From: Coniocarpon cinnabarinum
Taxonomy: Eukaryota
Direction of reading: 5' to 3'
Assembly: GCA_051942205.1 (NCBI GenBank)
Contig: JAVECO010000104.1
Location: 62,001-82,183 of the forward strand
DNA: 20,183 nt
Made by a program: the position numbers and the translations under genes. Each line of letters opens with the position of its first letter. Position 1 is the stretch's first letter. The notes beneath the pieces are model-generated. The model was not told where the DNA came from. It did not search any database and saw only the letters and a list, made by a program, of their open reading frames with translations. Shown piece after piece: positions 9,994 to 20,183 of this stretch.

Positions 9994-10199
9994 GTGACGT
10001 GATCTTGTATTACACGTGCCGACGCACGTGGTTGCTACTGAGCTCAAAGGTCGTGAGCCTCGGCTGCACACTCACCGTGGCAAGCGTAAATGCTAATAGT
10101 GAGTTTGAGGTCTGCCATTTGCAGCTACGCGGTGAATGCAATGGATGCGAAGAGAATTGCCAGGTGTGACGTCATGCACATCAAACGCGAGCTCACGTG
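9994..10199. promoter_or_regulatory. Cluster of E-box (CACGTG) and CRE (TGACGTCA) sites in the intergenic region upstream of PFA5
   Basis: CACGTG at 10013-10018, 10025-10030 and 10194-10199; palindromic TGACGTCA at 10167-10174; GTGACGTG at 9994-10001. The motifs are seen directly; function is inferred. Confidence 0.4.
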
Positions 10200-10602
10200 G
10201 AATGAAATTCGACGCTAGGCTGACAACAGCAAAGCGGAATGATCTCCCCGAGTCTTCGCCCCCCGCTGGGTGCCAACTGGGCCAACTGGGAAAAGCGGGA
10301 GGGCACGAGGAGCCTGTGGCCGTGCAGGTCTGGGGTCGTCGCCCGCAAGGTCACTCGTGTCAGTGTCACAGGACTGCCAGCCTGGCTTTTCCATCATTAT
10401 TCTCAAACACACACGCGGGCACCCACCGACGCCGCATATTCGCTCGCTATTCATTGACTAAGCAATGACCTTGCCACGGTTTCCTCAATCCTCCGCGCGG
10501 CGTTCTCCCTACCTTAAAGTGGTGGCACTTGCTTCTTTTAGCCGGCAAGCCTGAGCGTATTCGACGCCGCCACCTTCGCCGTCTTTGCCAAAGTCCCTCG
10601 AC

Positions 10603-12650
10603 ATGCCGCCTAAATTACACCCTGATCCCCGCAAGGCCACCCGCGGGGCCGGCGTCGCGGTGCCTATCTTTGTGTTTGCTCTGTTTGGATACGCAAGCTG
10701 GGTCCTTGTTGCGCTTCTGGCTGGTATGATCAAGTGAAACATTCGAGTATCTCACGAAAGCTAATCATTCTTAAGTGAACCACCTGCTCCACCCTTCGAA
10801 CGACTCTCCTGTGCGACATGGTGCTGGCGTTGCCATCATTGTCATCTACTTCTTTCTCCTTGTTATCATAGTCGCTAGCTACACCCGCACTTTGTACACA
10901 GTCCACACGAATCCTGGTTATGTGCCGCTTCCTGATCCACGAGAAGTCGTTCGACTCTCCCGCCAACCGTGCGGGAAGCCAAGGCGAAAGTCCAAGAAGG
11001 ACAGCTCGAAGGCCACTGAGGGAGAAGAAAAGCGGACGTCAACCACTCCTGGTGGGCTGAGTGGGGAAAGCAATGAGGAAGGACGAACAGACGAGAATCA
11101 AGCTGGACGGTCCGCCTCAGGCGAAGACTCGCCTTCAGACCATGACACAAGGACGGATGTGGAAAACAGCAACGAAAAGGCTGAATCACATGAGCGCAAA
11201 GAAGACGAACAGCCACCGACTGCCCTGACCAAAGGCTATCTGGATCGGCATGCTGTTCTCGACGGTCGAGTTGATCCGCCTTCTGGTCTCGAGGAGTTCT
11301 ATACTCGCGATGTGTTTGAGTGCGACAATGATGGGCTGCCCAAGTGGTGTCACTGCTGCATGACTTGGAAGCCTGACAGGACACATCACTCTGGTGAAGC
11401 GCGCCGGTGTGTCTACAAACTTGACCATTATTGTCCTTGGTGAGACGGTTCTCCTGCCCACATTCTTAAACTAGGCTAATTTATGAAGGGCTGGTGGAAT
11501 AGTATGCGAGACCAACTTCAAATTCTTCGTGCAGTTCTGTTTCTACACCGCAATATGGTGTATATTCAATGTAATTACTCTAGTGTATTTCTTAGCGAAA
11601 AGGGGCGAGGTAAGTTGACTAGGCCTGGTTTTCGAAATAACTTCAAACTGAGCTAACTGCAATTCTCTAGACTGGTACGGAACGAGTCCTTTGGATTGTG
11701 ACTATAGCCATGTACGAGGCGCTTGTCTTTCATCTACAAATGCACCGCTGACCCGAACCAGCTCTGGATTATTCTTTCTCTTCACCTCCGGCATGTCAAT
11801 TAATGCTTTGCACTTCGCTTTTATCAATTCCACTACTGTTGATAATATGGGACGTTATCGATCTCGCTTTCTTGCCATCCACTCACCGCAACTCTCCGCT
11901 CTTGGAGAAGAACGCAGAAGGGAATTAGACACCCATTTCACGATGGTCACCTTTCCGCTAAAGTCTAACGGTCCCTATCAACCCCGCACGTTTGCAGTGC
12001 TTTCCTTTCCATCCGGGAAAAACCTCTATCGACTGCCCAATCCATGGGATAACTTCCGGCAGATCATGGGCAATCACTGGCACCAATGGTTTCTCCCGAT
12101 TGGACACAGTCCTTCGTCGGATCATGGCTATGCGTCTTCGAAGCGGGATGTTGAAACTGCCGTGGGAGAAGCTAGATTCATGTACCACATCGATCGCGAG
12201 GCCCTTGACAACATGACCACTGACGCGGGCTTGAATGACGTTTCAAAGATTCCGAAAAAGAAGGAGCAGCAAGTTGGTTCCGACCAAAGTGGCGAAAAGG
12301 ACCGCAAAGCATCTCAGGACGACACTGATCATGATTCATCCACAGCGTCGGAGAGTGAATCAGATGGACAAACCTCACATAGCGACGACGGTCTCTCATC
12401 TCCTGAGGTTGCTGAGACTGAAAAGCTCAAAGTCAGGACATCCGAGTGTGAGACAGGCAGCAGGGACGGTAACATGTCCGAGCAAACTCTGGTTGGTGAC
12501 AAAGACGAAACCTTGAGAGCTGCGATGACAGATGTCCATGAAACCTCACCATCGTCCGAAAGCGCCAGCAAAGATGCTGAAACGTTTGTTCATGGGGAGC
12601 AGCCCAATACCGCCACTGACAACCTTCCCGAGAGGGCCCAGGAACCTTGA
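10603..12650 (+). CDS. PFA5: DHHC-family palmitoyltransferase, Pfa5-like (DHYC variant), about 611 aa
   Basis: Exons 10603-10723, 10776-11439, 11489-11609, 11671-11711 and 11762-12650 total 1836 nt, in frame. Donors GTATGA/GTGAGA/GTAAGT/GTACGA; branch sites GCTAAT/GCTAAT/GCTAAC/GCTGAC. The spliced protein has four hydrophobic segments, [16 protein letters not shown]...[27 protein letters not shown], a TTxE-like NSTTVD, and [16 protein letters not shown]. Confidence 0.9.
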
Positions 12651-13631
12651 CAAGAGCCTGGAAAGTCAGATAACTGCATCAAGAGGCGTTCATGGCAAGG
12701 GCAATTAGGAGCCAAGAGCCATGGCATTACTGCATATTGATGATTTACGAGCATGTGTGCATACATTGGAACGGGCAAAGCGACGGCGTATAGTGACACT
12801 CGCAGAGCACATACTCGGAGCCGCGCTTCGGCTCATGATGATACCCAAGAATTATTGATCTCTTCGATTTCCATGCGTCCTTCACATGCTGCATCAAATA
12901 TCTTCCGTGCCGCGGCTTATTCGTATCATCATTACAACATCCACCGTGTCTTCATGGCCAAGCCTACCTTCGCCGCGGCGTTACGATTCACCGCTAGCAC
13001 GTGTGGTCAGCTGTTCTCGGTGAGGCACCCAGGCTTTCACCGAACGGAGCGGGCAGGCGGTGCTCACAGCCTCGGATTATGCTTTGACCGTCACTAGCTG
13101 GCGAGTATGACGGTGATACAAAGAGTGCTGTCTTTCGGTCCGACAGCGGAATCGCCTCACCCTGTGGAAGTCTTTCGTGCTGTTGGAAAGAAGTCTCGGC
13201 TTATGTCATTTGAAGTTTCTGCGGACGAGAGACTCCTGGAGCACGGGGAAGAATGTCTCGGAGTGCTTTTCGCAGGCCATCGGAGCTTGCACACTACCTC
13301 CTCGTTAGTCTTCCGAAGTGCAAGGTCTAAATTTTCAGCACTTGGATTCTGCATCAAGGTGTTGCTGTGGGATAGCACTTTTTACAAGCTGAGACAGTGA
13401 TCAAGGGACAGGGTCGGAACAGCGTTTGTCCGTTACAATTTCTGAGAGGGCCGCTGCGGGTGGGACGGGGCGGGCCAAACGTCAGTGGGGCAGCTGCTAC
13501 GGAGTATGCTCTACAGACAAAAAAGTTAGCAACGTGTTCCCCAACATACTTACGCAATCTTTAAACTCCTCACTACACTTACGAAAGCCATTTCTACACG
13601 CTGCCAACTACACACCCATCACAACGAAATC

Positions 13632-14747
13632 ATGGCGTCGGCTTTGGAGCAACTCAAGGCCACTGGCACCACAGTCGTTTGCGACTCCGGCGACTTCAAC
13701 ACCATTTCCAAGTACCAACCACAGGATGCCACGACCAACCCGTCACTCATCTTGGCTGCATCAAAGAAGCCGGAGTATGCTAAGCTGATGGATGTCGCAA
13801 TCGAGTACGGCAAGTCTCATGGCAAGACCAAAGAGGAGCGTGTCGACGCCGCTTTGGACCGTTTGCTGGTGGAGTTTGGTCACGAAATTTTGAAGATTAT
13901 TCCTGGACGAGTGTCGACCGAAGTTGATGCTTCTTTGAGCTTTGATATTGAAGGCAGCGTCAACAAGGCCCTCCACATCATCGACGTGAGTTTCGCATCA
14001 TCCGAATATCCCGCCCACCGAGTCGTTCTGGCTTCGTAGACGTTCCAAAGGCTACCGACGCTAATGCACTTCTTTCCAGCTTTACAAAGAGCAAGGCATC
14101 GACAAATCCCGTGTTCTGATCAAGCTCGCTTCCACCTGGGAAGGCGTCAAAGCTGCCCACATCCTGCAATCAAAACACCAAGTCAACTGCAATCTTACGC
14201 TGCTTTTCTCCAGGGTCCAAGCCATTGCTTGTGCTGAAGCTGGCGCTTTCCTCATCTCTCCTTTTGTGGGCCGAATTTTGGACTGGTACAAAGCTGCGAC
14301 AAAGAAGGAATACACCGCCGCCGAGGACCCTGGTGTAAAGTCGGTCCAGAGCATTTACAACTACTACAAGAAATACGGCTACAAGACCATTGTCATGGGC
14401 GCTTCCTTCAGGAACACTGGCGAGATCACAGAACTGGCTGGATGTGATTACTTGACCATTGCTGTAAGGAACTTCAGCCACGTAGACTAGTACTTGCTCT
14501 TGCTAACTTCGCGCAGCCGGCTTTGCTTGAAGAGCTGTACAACAGCAAGGCTTCAGTCCCCGCCAAGTTGAAGTCCTCCGACGCACAGAGCTTGGACATC
14601 CCGAAAGAGAGCTACCTCGACAACGAGGCCAAGTTCCGCTTTGACTTCAATGAGGAGCAAATGGCGGTGGAAAAGCTCCGAGACGGAATCAGCTCATTTG
14701 CTGCGGCGGCTGTGCAGCTGAAGGGTACCTTGGCGGAGAAGCTCTGA
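13632..14747 (+). CDS. TAL1: Transaldolase, about 322 aa
   Basis: Exons 13632-13985, 14080-14463 and 14517-14747 total 969 nt. Introns are GTGAGT..GCTAAT..CAG and GTAAGG..GCTAAC..CAG. Signatures [19 protein letters not shown], Schiff-base lysine region [23 protein letters not shown] and MGASFRN. Confidence 0.98.
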
Positions 14748-15377
14748 GCAATACGGTCAGATTTTCCGCTCGGTCCATTGAAGAGATGCGCGACTTTGCT
14801 TTCTACACCCCTGAAATTAGGTCCTTTAGGTCGGATATAGGTATCCAGAATCGGCAAAAGAGTGTCGACTTAGATGAACGAAGACCGTCACTCACGGCTC
14901 TGAATCTCATACCGCTCAGAGATTGTGCATGAAAGTACCAGAGGCGTTGCGAATAGAATATTTGCAGGGGCGAAGACATGACTCGTAAGCTGACGCCGCA
15001 AAGTGCCTTTTGGCTAGCTAGTCGCTCGATTCGCCTCTGCTTCGAGATACCATTCGTACACAGTCTGCAGCCCATCCAACAGGCTGGAAATGAGGTGCAC
15101 TACATTGCTTGACGGGCATCTGGTTGGAGACAGACAAGGAAGGAGAACGACGATGCGCAGGGAAAGGAGGCACGAGCGCAAGCCGCCATAGAAACTTACA
15201 CCCCACACACAAACATCTGCTTTTCTTACTTGATTGGATATTCACATCCTTTTGGAATTTTTTCCACTCGTCTTGCCCTGCCTCCAGCATTTTGCTTCGG
15301 ATTTTCATCGTGTCACCCTCATCCTCATCTGTTCTCCGCCGCTGCGCATAGTTCTTTCACCTAAATCTGCTGGCAAC

Positions 15378-18264
15378 ATGTCTGGAGTCAACCAAGCAAA
15401 GGTCAAGAGTGTACTCTCTGGAGATACGATAATTCTCACGCAAGTCGGCAATCCTCGCAATGAGCGCACGCTTAGCCTAGCCTATGTCTCTGCGCCACGC
15501 ACGCGTCGCGATGCCGGTGATGAAGTGAGCCTGTCTCCCTTTACAGCGTTCAATTCATGACTTCATATAAGTCATTTCCTACACGATCTGACATGTTCTA
15601 AGTCAGTTTGTATGATCAGACACGTCTGACTGAGCTTGATCTCTCTCTAGGCGTTCGCTGTCGAATCTCGCGACTATTTGCGCCGTCTGCTCGTGGGCAA
15701 AGTCATCCAATTTCGAACTCTCTACGAAGTCCCCTCAACTGGCAGCGGATCTGGACGTGAATATGGGCAGGTTTTCATGAGCGATGCATCTACGCTTCCT
15801 GACGAGGCGGTCAGCGCTGGATGGCTCCGTGTTCGCGATGATGCAGGCAAACGAGAACAGTCAGAGCTGGGCTCTGCGCTCATAGAAAGATTGCGAGTCC
15901 TTGAAGCGAGTGCAAGAGCTGAAGAGAAGGGATTGTGGGATGCTGAAGCTTCGAAGATTCAGACCTCATATGAAGTCAGCAATGTTCAAGATTTCGCGAA
16001 GCAATGGACCCGCAAGCCACTGACTGGTATGCTGAGCCTATACACGAAGCTCGTGCTTGAACGTTGTTGCTGACTAGGCTTCAGCGGTCGTGGAGAAAGT
16101 TCTGACGGGTGATCGATTGATTGTGCGACTTCTCAGATCACCAACAGACCATGTGCAAACGATGCTTTTGATTGCAGGAATACGCGCACCCAATACAAAA
16201 CGTATCAATACACAGGAGGGTCAAGAGCTGCCGGCAGAGCCATTTGGCGATGATGCGCATATGTACGTTGAGACAAGATTGCTGCAACGCCGTGTAGAAG
16301 TCACAATAGTGGGAGTGAGTCCGCAAAACCAATTGATCGGTCAGGTGCTACATCCCAACGGAGACATTGCCGGTTTCTTGTTGCAAGATGGTCTGGCCAG
16401 ATGCGTTGATCATCATTCGACGCTGCTAGGACAGCGCATGTCAGTGCTACGACAGTCGGAGAAGAAAGCTCGGGATCAACGAAAAGGGTTGTGGAAGGAT
16501 GCAGCGGCACCACGATCTAGTGGTCCCGGTGCAGATGTCGCCGTCACACGAGTTCAAACAGCGGACACGCTGTATGTTCGTCTACCCACCGGCGCGGAGA
16601 AGCGTGTCAATCTAAGCAGTGTGCGACAACCGAAACCTTCTGATCCGAAGCAAGCTCCGTTTGGCGCCGATGCCAAAGAATTCATGCGCAAAAAGCTAAT
16701 AGGCAAGCACGTTAAGATCTCAACAGACGGCAAGCGGGCCGCGACGGAGGGTTTTGACGAGCGCGAGATGGTTACCGTCGCAAACAACAATCGGAACGTG
16801 GCACTCGATCTGGTCACCGAAGGTTATGCGTCGGTCCTCCGTCACAAAATGGACGACACAGACCGGAGTCCTATTTATGACGATCTCCTGGCCGCTGAAG
16901 CTACTGCTCAGGCCGAACAAAAAGGCATGTGGTCGTCGAAGCCTCCTGAAGCCAAGTCCTACGTCGATTACTCCGAAAACCTCGAGAAGGCCAAGCGTCT
17001 TTTGACTCTGCTGTCCCGTCAACGTCGGGTGCCCGCAATCGTTGACTTCGTTAAGTCTGGGTCACGCTTCTCGCTACTGATTCCTCGCGAGAACGCCAAG
17101 CTCACCCTCGTGCTGTCTGGTATTGTTTGCCCCCGATCTGCACGCAACGCCAGCGAATCCTCAGAACCTTTTGGAAAGGAGGCTCACGAACTCGCGAGTC
17201 GCCGCTGCAACCAGCGCGATGTTGAGATCGACGTTGAAGATACTGATAAGCAGGGAGGCTTCATCGGTAAACTCTACGTGAATCGTGAGAACTTTGCGAA
17301 GATACTCCTCGACGACGGCTTTGCCTCAGTCCGCACGTATTCTGCAGAGAAAAGTGGCAATGCTCAAGAACTACTTGCCGCCGAGCAGAGAGCAAAGGAT
17401 GCGAAGAAGGGCATGTGGCATGATTATGATCCGGCCCTCGAAACAAATGGCGATGCATCTGCCGGCCTCGAGGAAGATATCACTGCCACGAATGGCGATG
17501 CTCCAACAAGTGCGTCAGGACCATCTAAAGACTATAGGGATGTCATCGTCACGCATGTGGGAGACGACTGTCGAATGAAAACACAACTTGTATCACCATC
17601 CACCACCGGCGCGTTATCTGCACTTATGGACGCCTTTCGCTCCTTTCACTTGTCGCCTGCGAATACCAAGACGTTGTCCAGCCAGCCAAAGACCGGCGAA
17701 GTGGTCGCGGCCCAGTTTTCGGAAGACGGGCTGTGGTATAGAGCTCGTGTGCGCCGCAACGACCGCGAGAATCAACAAAGTGAGGTCGTGTACGTGGATT
17801 ACGGGAACACAGAAATGCAAAAATGGAGTGCTCTTCGTCCGCTCGGCAAACCAGAGTTTGGCACTTCAGCCTTGAAAAATCAAGCGGTCGATGCAGCAAT
17901 GTCTTTCGTCCAATTCCCGTCAGGTAGTCAAGACTACATGGCCGATGCTCGCAACTTTCTCTCTGACCGCCTCTCCGAAGCAGGGCAGCTGGTTGCACGC
18001 GTGGACCACACAGACGCTCGCGACGGTACGCTGTGGGTGAGTCTCTTCGACCCGAACAAGGGCACGGAAGGACAGGTCGAATCAGGGAGTATCAATGCGG
18101 AGGTGCTGGAGGAGGGACTGGGCATGGTGACGAGGAAACCGGCGAGATTTGAGATCGCTCAGAAGAACGTCATGGATGGCTTGAGGGGAGTGGAAACAGA
18201 GGCGATGGAGGCGCGAAGAGGCATGTGGGAGTATGGTGACCCCACAGGTCTGGCCGAGGACTGA
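15378..18264 (+). CDS. SND1: Tudor staphylococcal nuclease (Tudor-SN/p100), about 900 aa
   Basis: Exons 15378-15524, 15651-16026 and 16085-18264 total 2703 nt. Introns are GTGAGC..CTGAC..TAG and GTATGC..GCTGAC..CAG. Repeated SN domains (VKSVLSGDT, VEKVLTGDR, VTRVQTADT, VDFVKSGSR; ...KGLW/KGMW endings), a Tudor domain (AQFSEDGLWYRARV...VVYVDYGNTE) and C-terminal RGMWEYGD. Confidence 0.97.
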
Positions 18265-18756
18265 GCATGTTGTTGAGTGCCCGTGCAGTAGGCAAATATC
18301 CGGAGATTGAATGAGTAAAAGGGGCGACTGTGGGCAAGACCTAGCCCTATTCCAGTGATGAAAGATGCTGAGGGTCAGAAGTCGCCTGCTGTTGCATCAC
18401 AAAGCAGACGTTAGGACTATGATCTTGCACCTTGATTTCTCTCTGTCAACCCTGTATGGCATTAGAGCCTGCTCGAAACAACTGTGCCTTGACCGCCTCT
18501 TGAATTGCACCTGTGCTCTTAGGTACCCAGTTGTTCAGCAAGTCCCCTGATCTACGTCTATCCCGTGAAGATCGCCGAGATAAAGAGCGCTCTAGCGTTT
18601 CACGAGCTTGAAGCTCCCGCTTACGTCATTCTATATTTGTCAGAATATTTTTCTAGAACATTGACAAGTTCTATATATCAGCCGCAACTCACATGCGTCG
18701 ATATCAGTAGGTTCTGCTTCACACTGTAGTCACCCGGAGTCTGCAAAATACCGAAA

Positions 18757-20183
18757 ATGTTGTCAAATCCCGATAATGATGCCCACGACGGCCAAGACGG
18801 CGAGCCAGCCATGGTTGACGCCGACGAGATTGAAGAGGTCGAGCCGGACGGAGATGCAGCCATGGACTCGGCTTCAGACGAGGAGGATACTCCAGTAGCT
18901 GAGAATGCTGATCATCTCGCTGAAGGGGCAGAGATTCAGCTCCAAAATGACTCCGTCGCTCACTTTGACCAGCATACGGATTCCATCTTTTGCATTGCCC
19001 AGCACCCTGTAGATCCCAATATTATTGCAACGGGGGCTGGCGATGATACGGGCTATATTTTCTCCCTGCCCTCGTCTGAATCTTCACAATACTCAAAAAC
19101 TAATTCAACTACCCCGCGCCCTTCAATTCAAGCAGTAGCAAAGATAGAGGGCCATACTGACTCCCTGAATGCCCTGACATTCACTCTGCCCAACGGCGAC
19201 TATTTCCTCTCGGCAGGTCTGGACGGCCAGCTTCGCGCCTACAAGAACACCGCATCTGCCAACGCCCAAGGCTCTTGGAAGTTCCTTGGCTCAGTCAAAG
19301 AAGTCGACGAGATCAACTGGCTTGCGCCCTGTCCTAACCCAGCAAATCCCAACACCATAGCCCTTGGCGGCTCCGATGGCTCCGTCTGGGTCTACTCAAT
19401 CGACGCAAATGCAGCCAATGGCAACAGCCCATTGCTGTTCATCAATTCGTTCTTCCTCCACACCGACTCTTGCACAGCTGGCGCATGGACGCCCGACGGC
19501 AAACTTCTTGCAACAACCTCGCAAGACGGCAGTTTCTACGTATGGGACGTCTTCGGCGACGCAGCAGCCGCAGGAGTTGTGCAACCACCAGGTTCAAACA
19601 GCGTGGTAGGTCTCACCGAAGCAGATGAGCGGTTCAACGTCGACGGTGGACTCTATTCGCTTGCCATCAGCCCCACCGGAACCATAGCCGCAGTCGGTGG
19701 CGAAGGCGGCAACGTCAGAATCGTAGGCTTGCCGCGACTCGCCGAAGCGACAGCAGACGCCACTGTCAGCGCGAAGGGCGGCGCCGGCGCCAAAACCAAA
19801 GTAGGCGGCGGCAAGAAAGAAGGCGGCCCGAAAGGCGGCGAGACGTCCGCAGGCCAAGCCGGCCACATCCTCGCAAGCCTCCAAGCACAAAGCGAGAGCA
19901 TCGAAACGTTGACGTTTTCGCCCAATGCCGCCATTCCGCTCCTCGCGGTCGGCAGCGTCGACGGGAGTATCGCCTTCTTCGATACCAAGTCGAACTTCAG
20001 CTTGAGGAAACACCTCAAGGGTGCACATGATGACATGGCGGTCACGAAGGTGGAGATTGTAGGTTCAGAAGGGAGTCAGGCTTGGACTTTGACGAGTTGT
20101 GGGTATGACGGCGTTGTGAGGCGGTGGGATGCGAGGGGTGGACATAATATGGTGAGCAGTCAGATGGTGGGAGAATACAAGGG
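18757..20183 (+). CDS. SQT1: WD40 60S ribosome assembly protein / Rpl10 chaperone Sqt1 (AAMP family), 3'-partial
   Basis: ATG at 18757 (AAAATG) opens a frame with no stop before the window end, which is why it is absent from the track. Acidic N-terminus, then EIQLQNDSVAHFDQHTDSIFCIAQHP, IATGAGDD, EGHTDSLNALTF, LSAGLDG, ALGGSDGSVWVY, HTDSCTAGAWTPDGKLLATTSQDG, AVGSVDGSIAFFD and TSCGYDGVVRRWD. Confidence 0.92.
   Translation, partial: MLSNPDNDAHDGQDGEPAMVDADEIEEVEPDGDAAMDSASDEEDTPVAENADHLAEGAEIQLQNDSVAHFDQHTDSIFCIAQHPVDPNIIATGAGDDTGYIFSLPSSESSQYSKTNSTTPRPSIQAVAKIEGHTDSLNALTFTLPNGDYFLSAGLDGQLRAYKNTASANAQGSWKFLGSVKEVDEINWLAPCPNPANPNTIALGGSDGSVWVYSIDANAANGNSPLLFINSFFLHTDSCTAGAWTPDGKLLATTSQDGSFYVWDVFGDAAAAGVVQPPGSNSVVGLTEADERFNVDGGLYSLAISPTGTIAAVGGEGGNVRIVGLPRLAEATADATVSAKGGAGAKTKVGGGKKEGGPKGGETSAGQAGHILASLQAQSESIETLTFSPNAAIPLLAVGSVDGSIAFFDTKSNFSLRKHLKGAHDDMAVTKVEIVGSEGSQAWTLTSCGYDGVVRRWDARGGHNMVSSQMVGEYK

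Noticed and set aside
12753..13557. Several 67-114 aa ORFs between PFA5 and TAL1, and a CGGTGATA Stb5-like site near 13111
   Set aside because: No recognisable domains or coherent splice model. A single degenerate 8-mer is not significant.
15018..15308. 96-aa minus ORF divergent from SND1
   Set aside because: Antisense of the pyrimidine-rich SND1 5' UTR/core promoter; no family signal.
18644..18653. RRPE-like AATATTTTTC upstream of SQT1
   Set aside because: Imperfect match to the yeast RRPE consensus, no PAC partner, and an AT-rich context makes a chance match likely.
1..20183. Possible functional gene cluster, transposon, CRISPR or defence system
   Set aside because: The genes are functionally unrelated housekeeping genes. 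No terminal repeats, transposase/RT ORFs, repeat-spacer arrays or AT-rich RIP blocks were seen.

Overview
Gene-dense eukaryotic DNA from a filamentous ascomycete (Pezizomycotina). The short GT-AG introns carry CTRAY-type branch sites; the class cannot be fixed from sequence alone. Six protein genes can be built with frame-consistent splicing: MOT1 (+, 5'-truncated, <1-5049), a 542-aa uncharacterised protein (-, 3 exons, 7786-5966), a Pfa5-type DHHC palmitoyltransferase (+, 5 exons, 10603-12650), transaldolase TAL1 (+, 3 exons, 13632-14747), Tudor-SN/SND1 (+, 3 exons, 15378-18264) and the WD40 ribosome-assembly factor SQT1 (+, 18757 to beyond the window end, missing from the ORF track). No mobile element, structural RNA gene or CRISPR array was seen. 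The region is mostly housekeeping. The best unexplained signal lies in the 2.8 kb gap between genes 2 and 3: a minus-strand micro-ORF with an exact RanBP2-type zinc-finger signature. It sits behind an apparently spliced leader whose in-frame upstream ATG is cut off by a single TAA, and an E-box/CRE cluster lies upstream.
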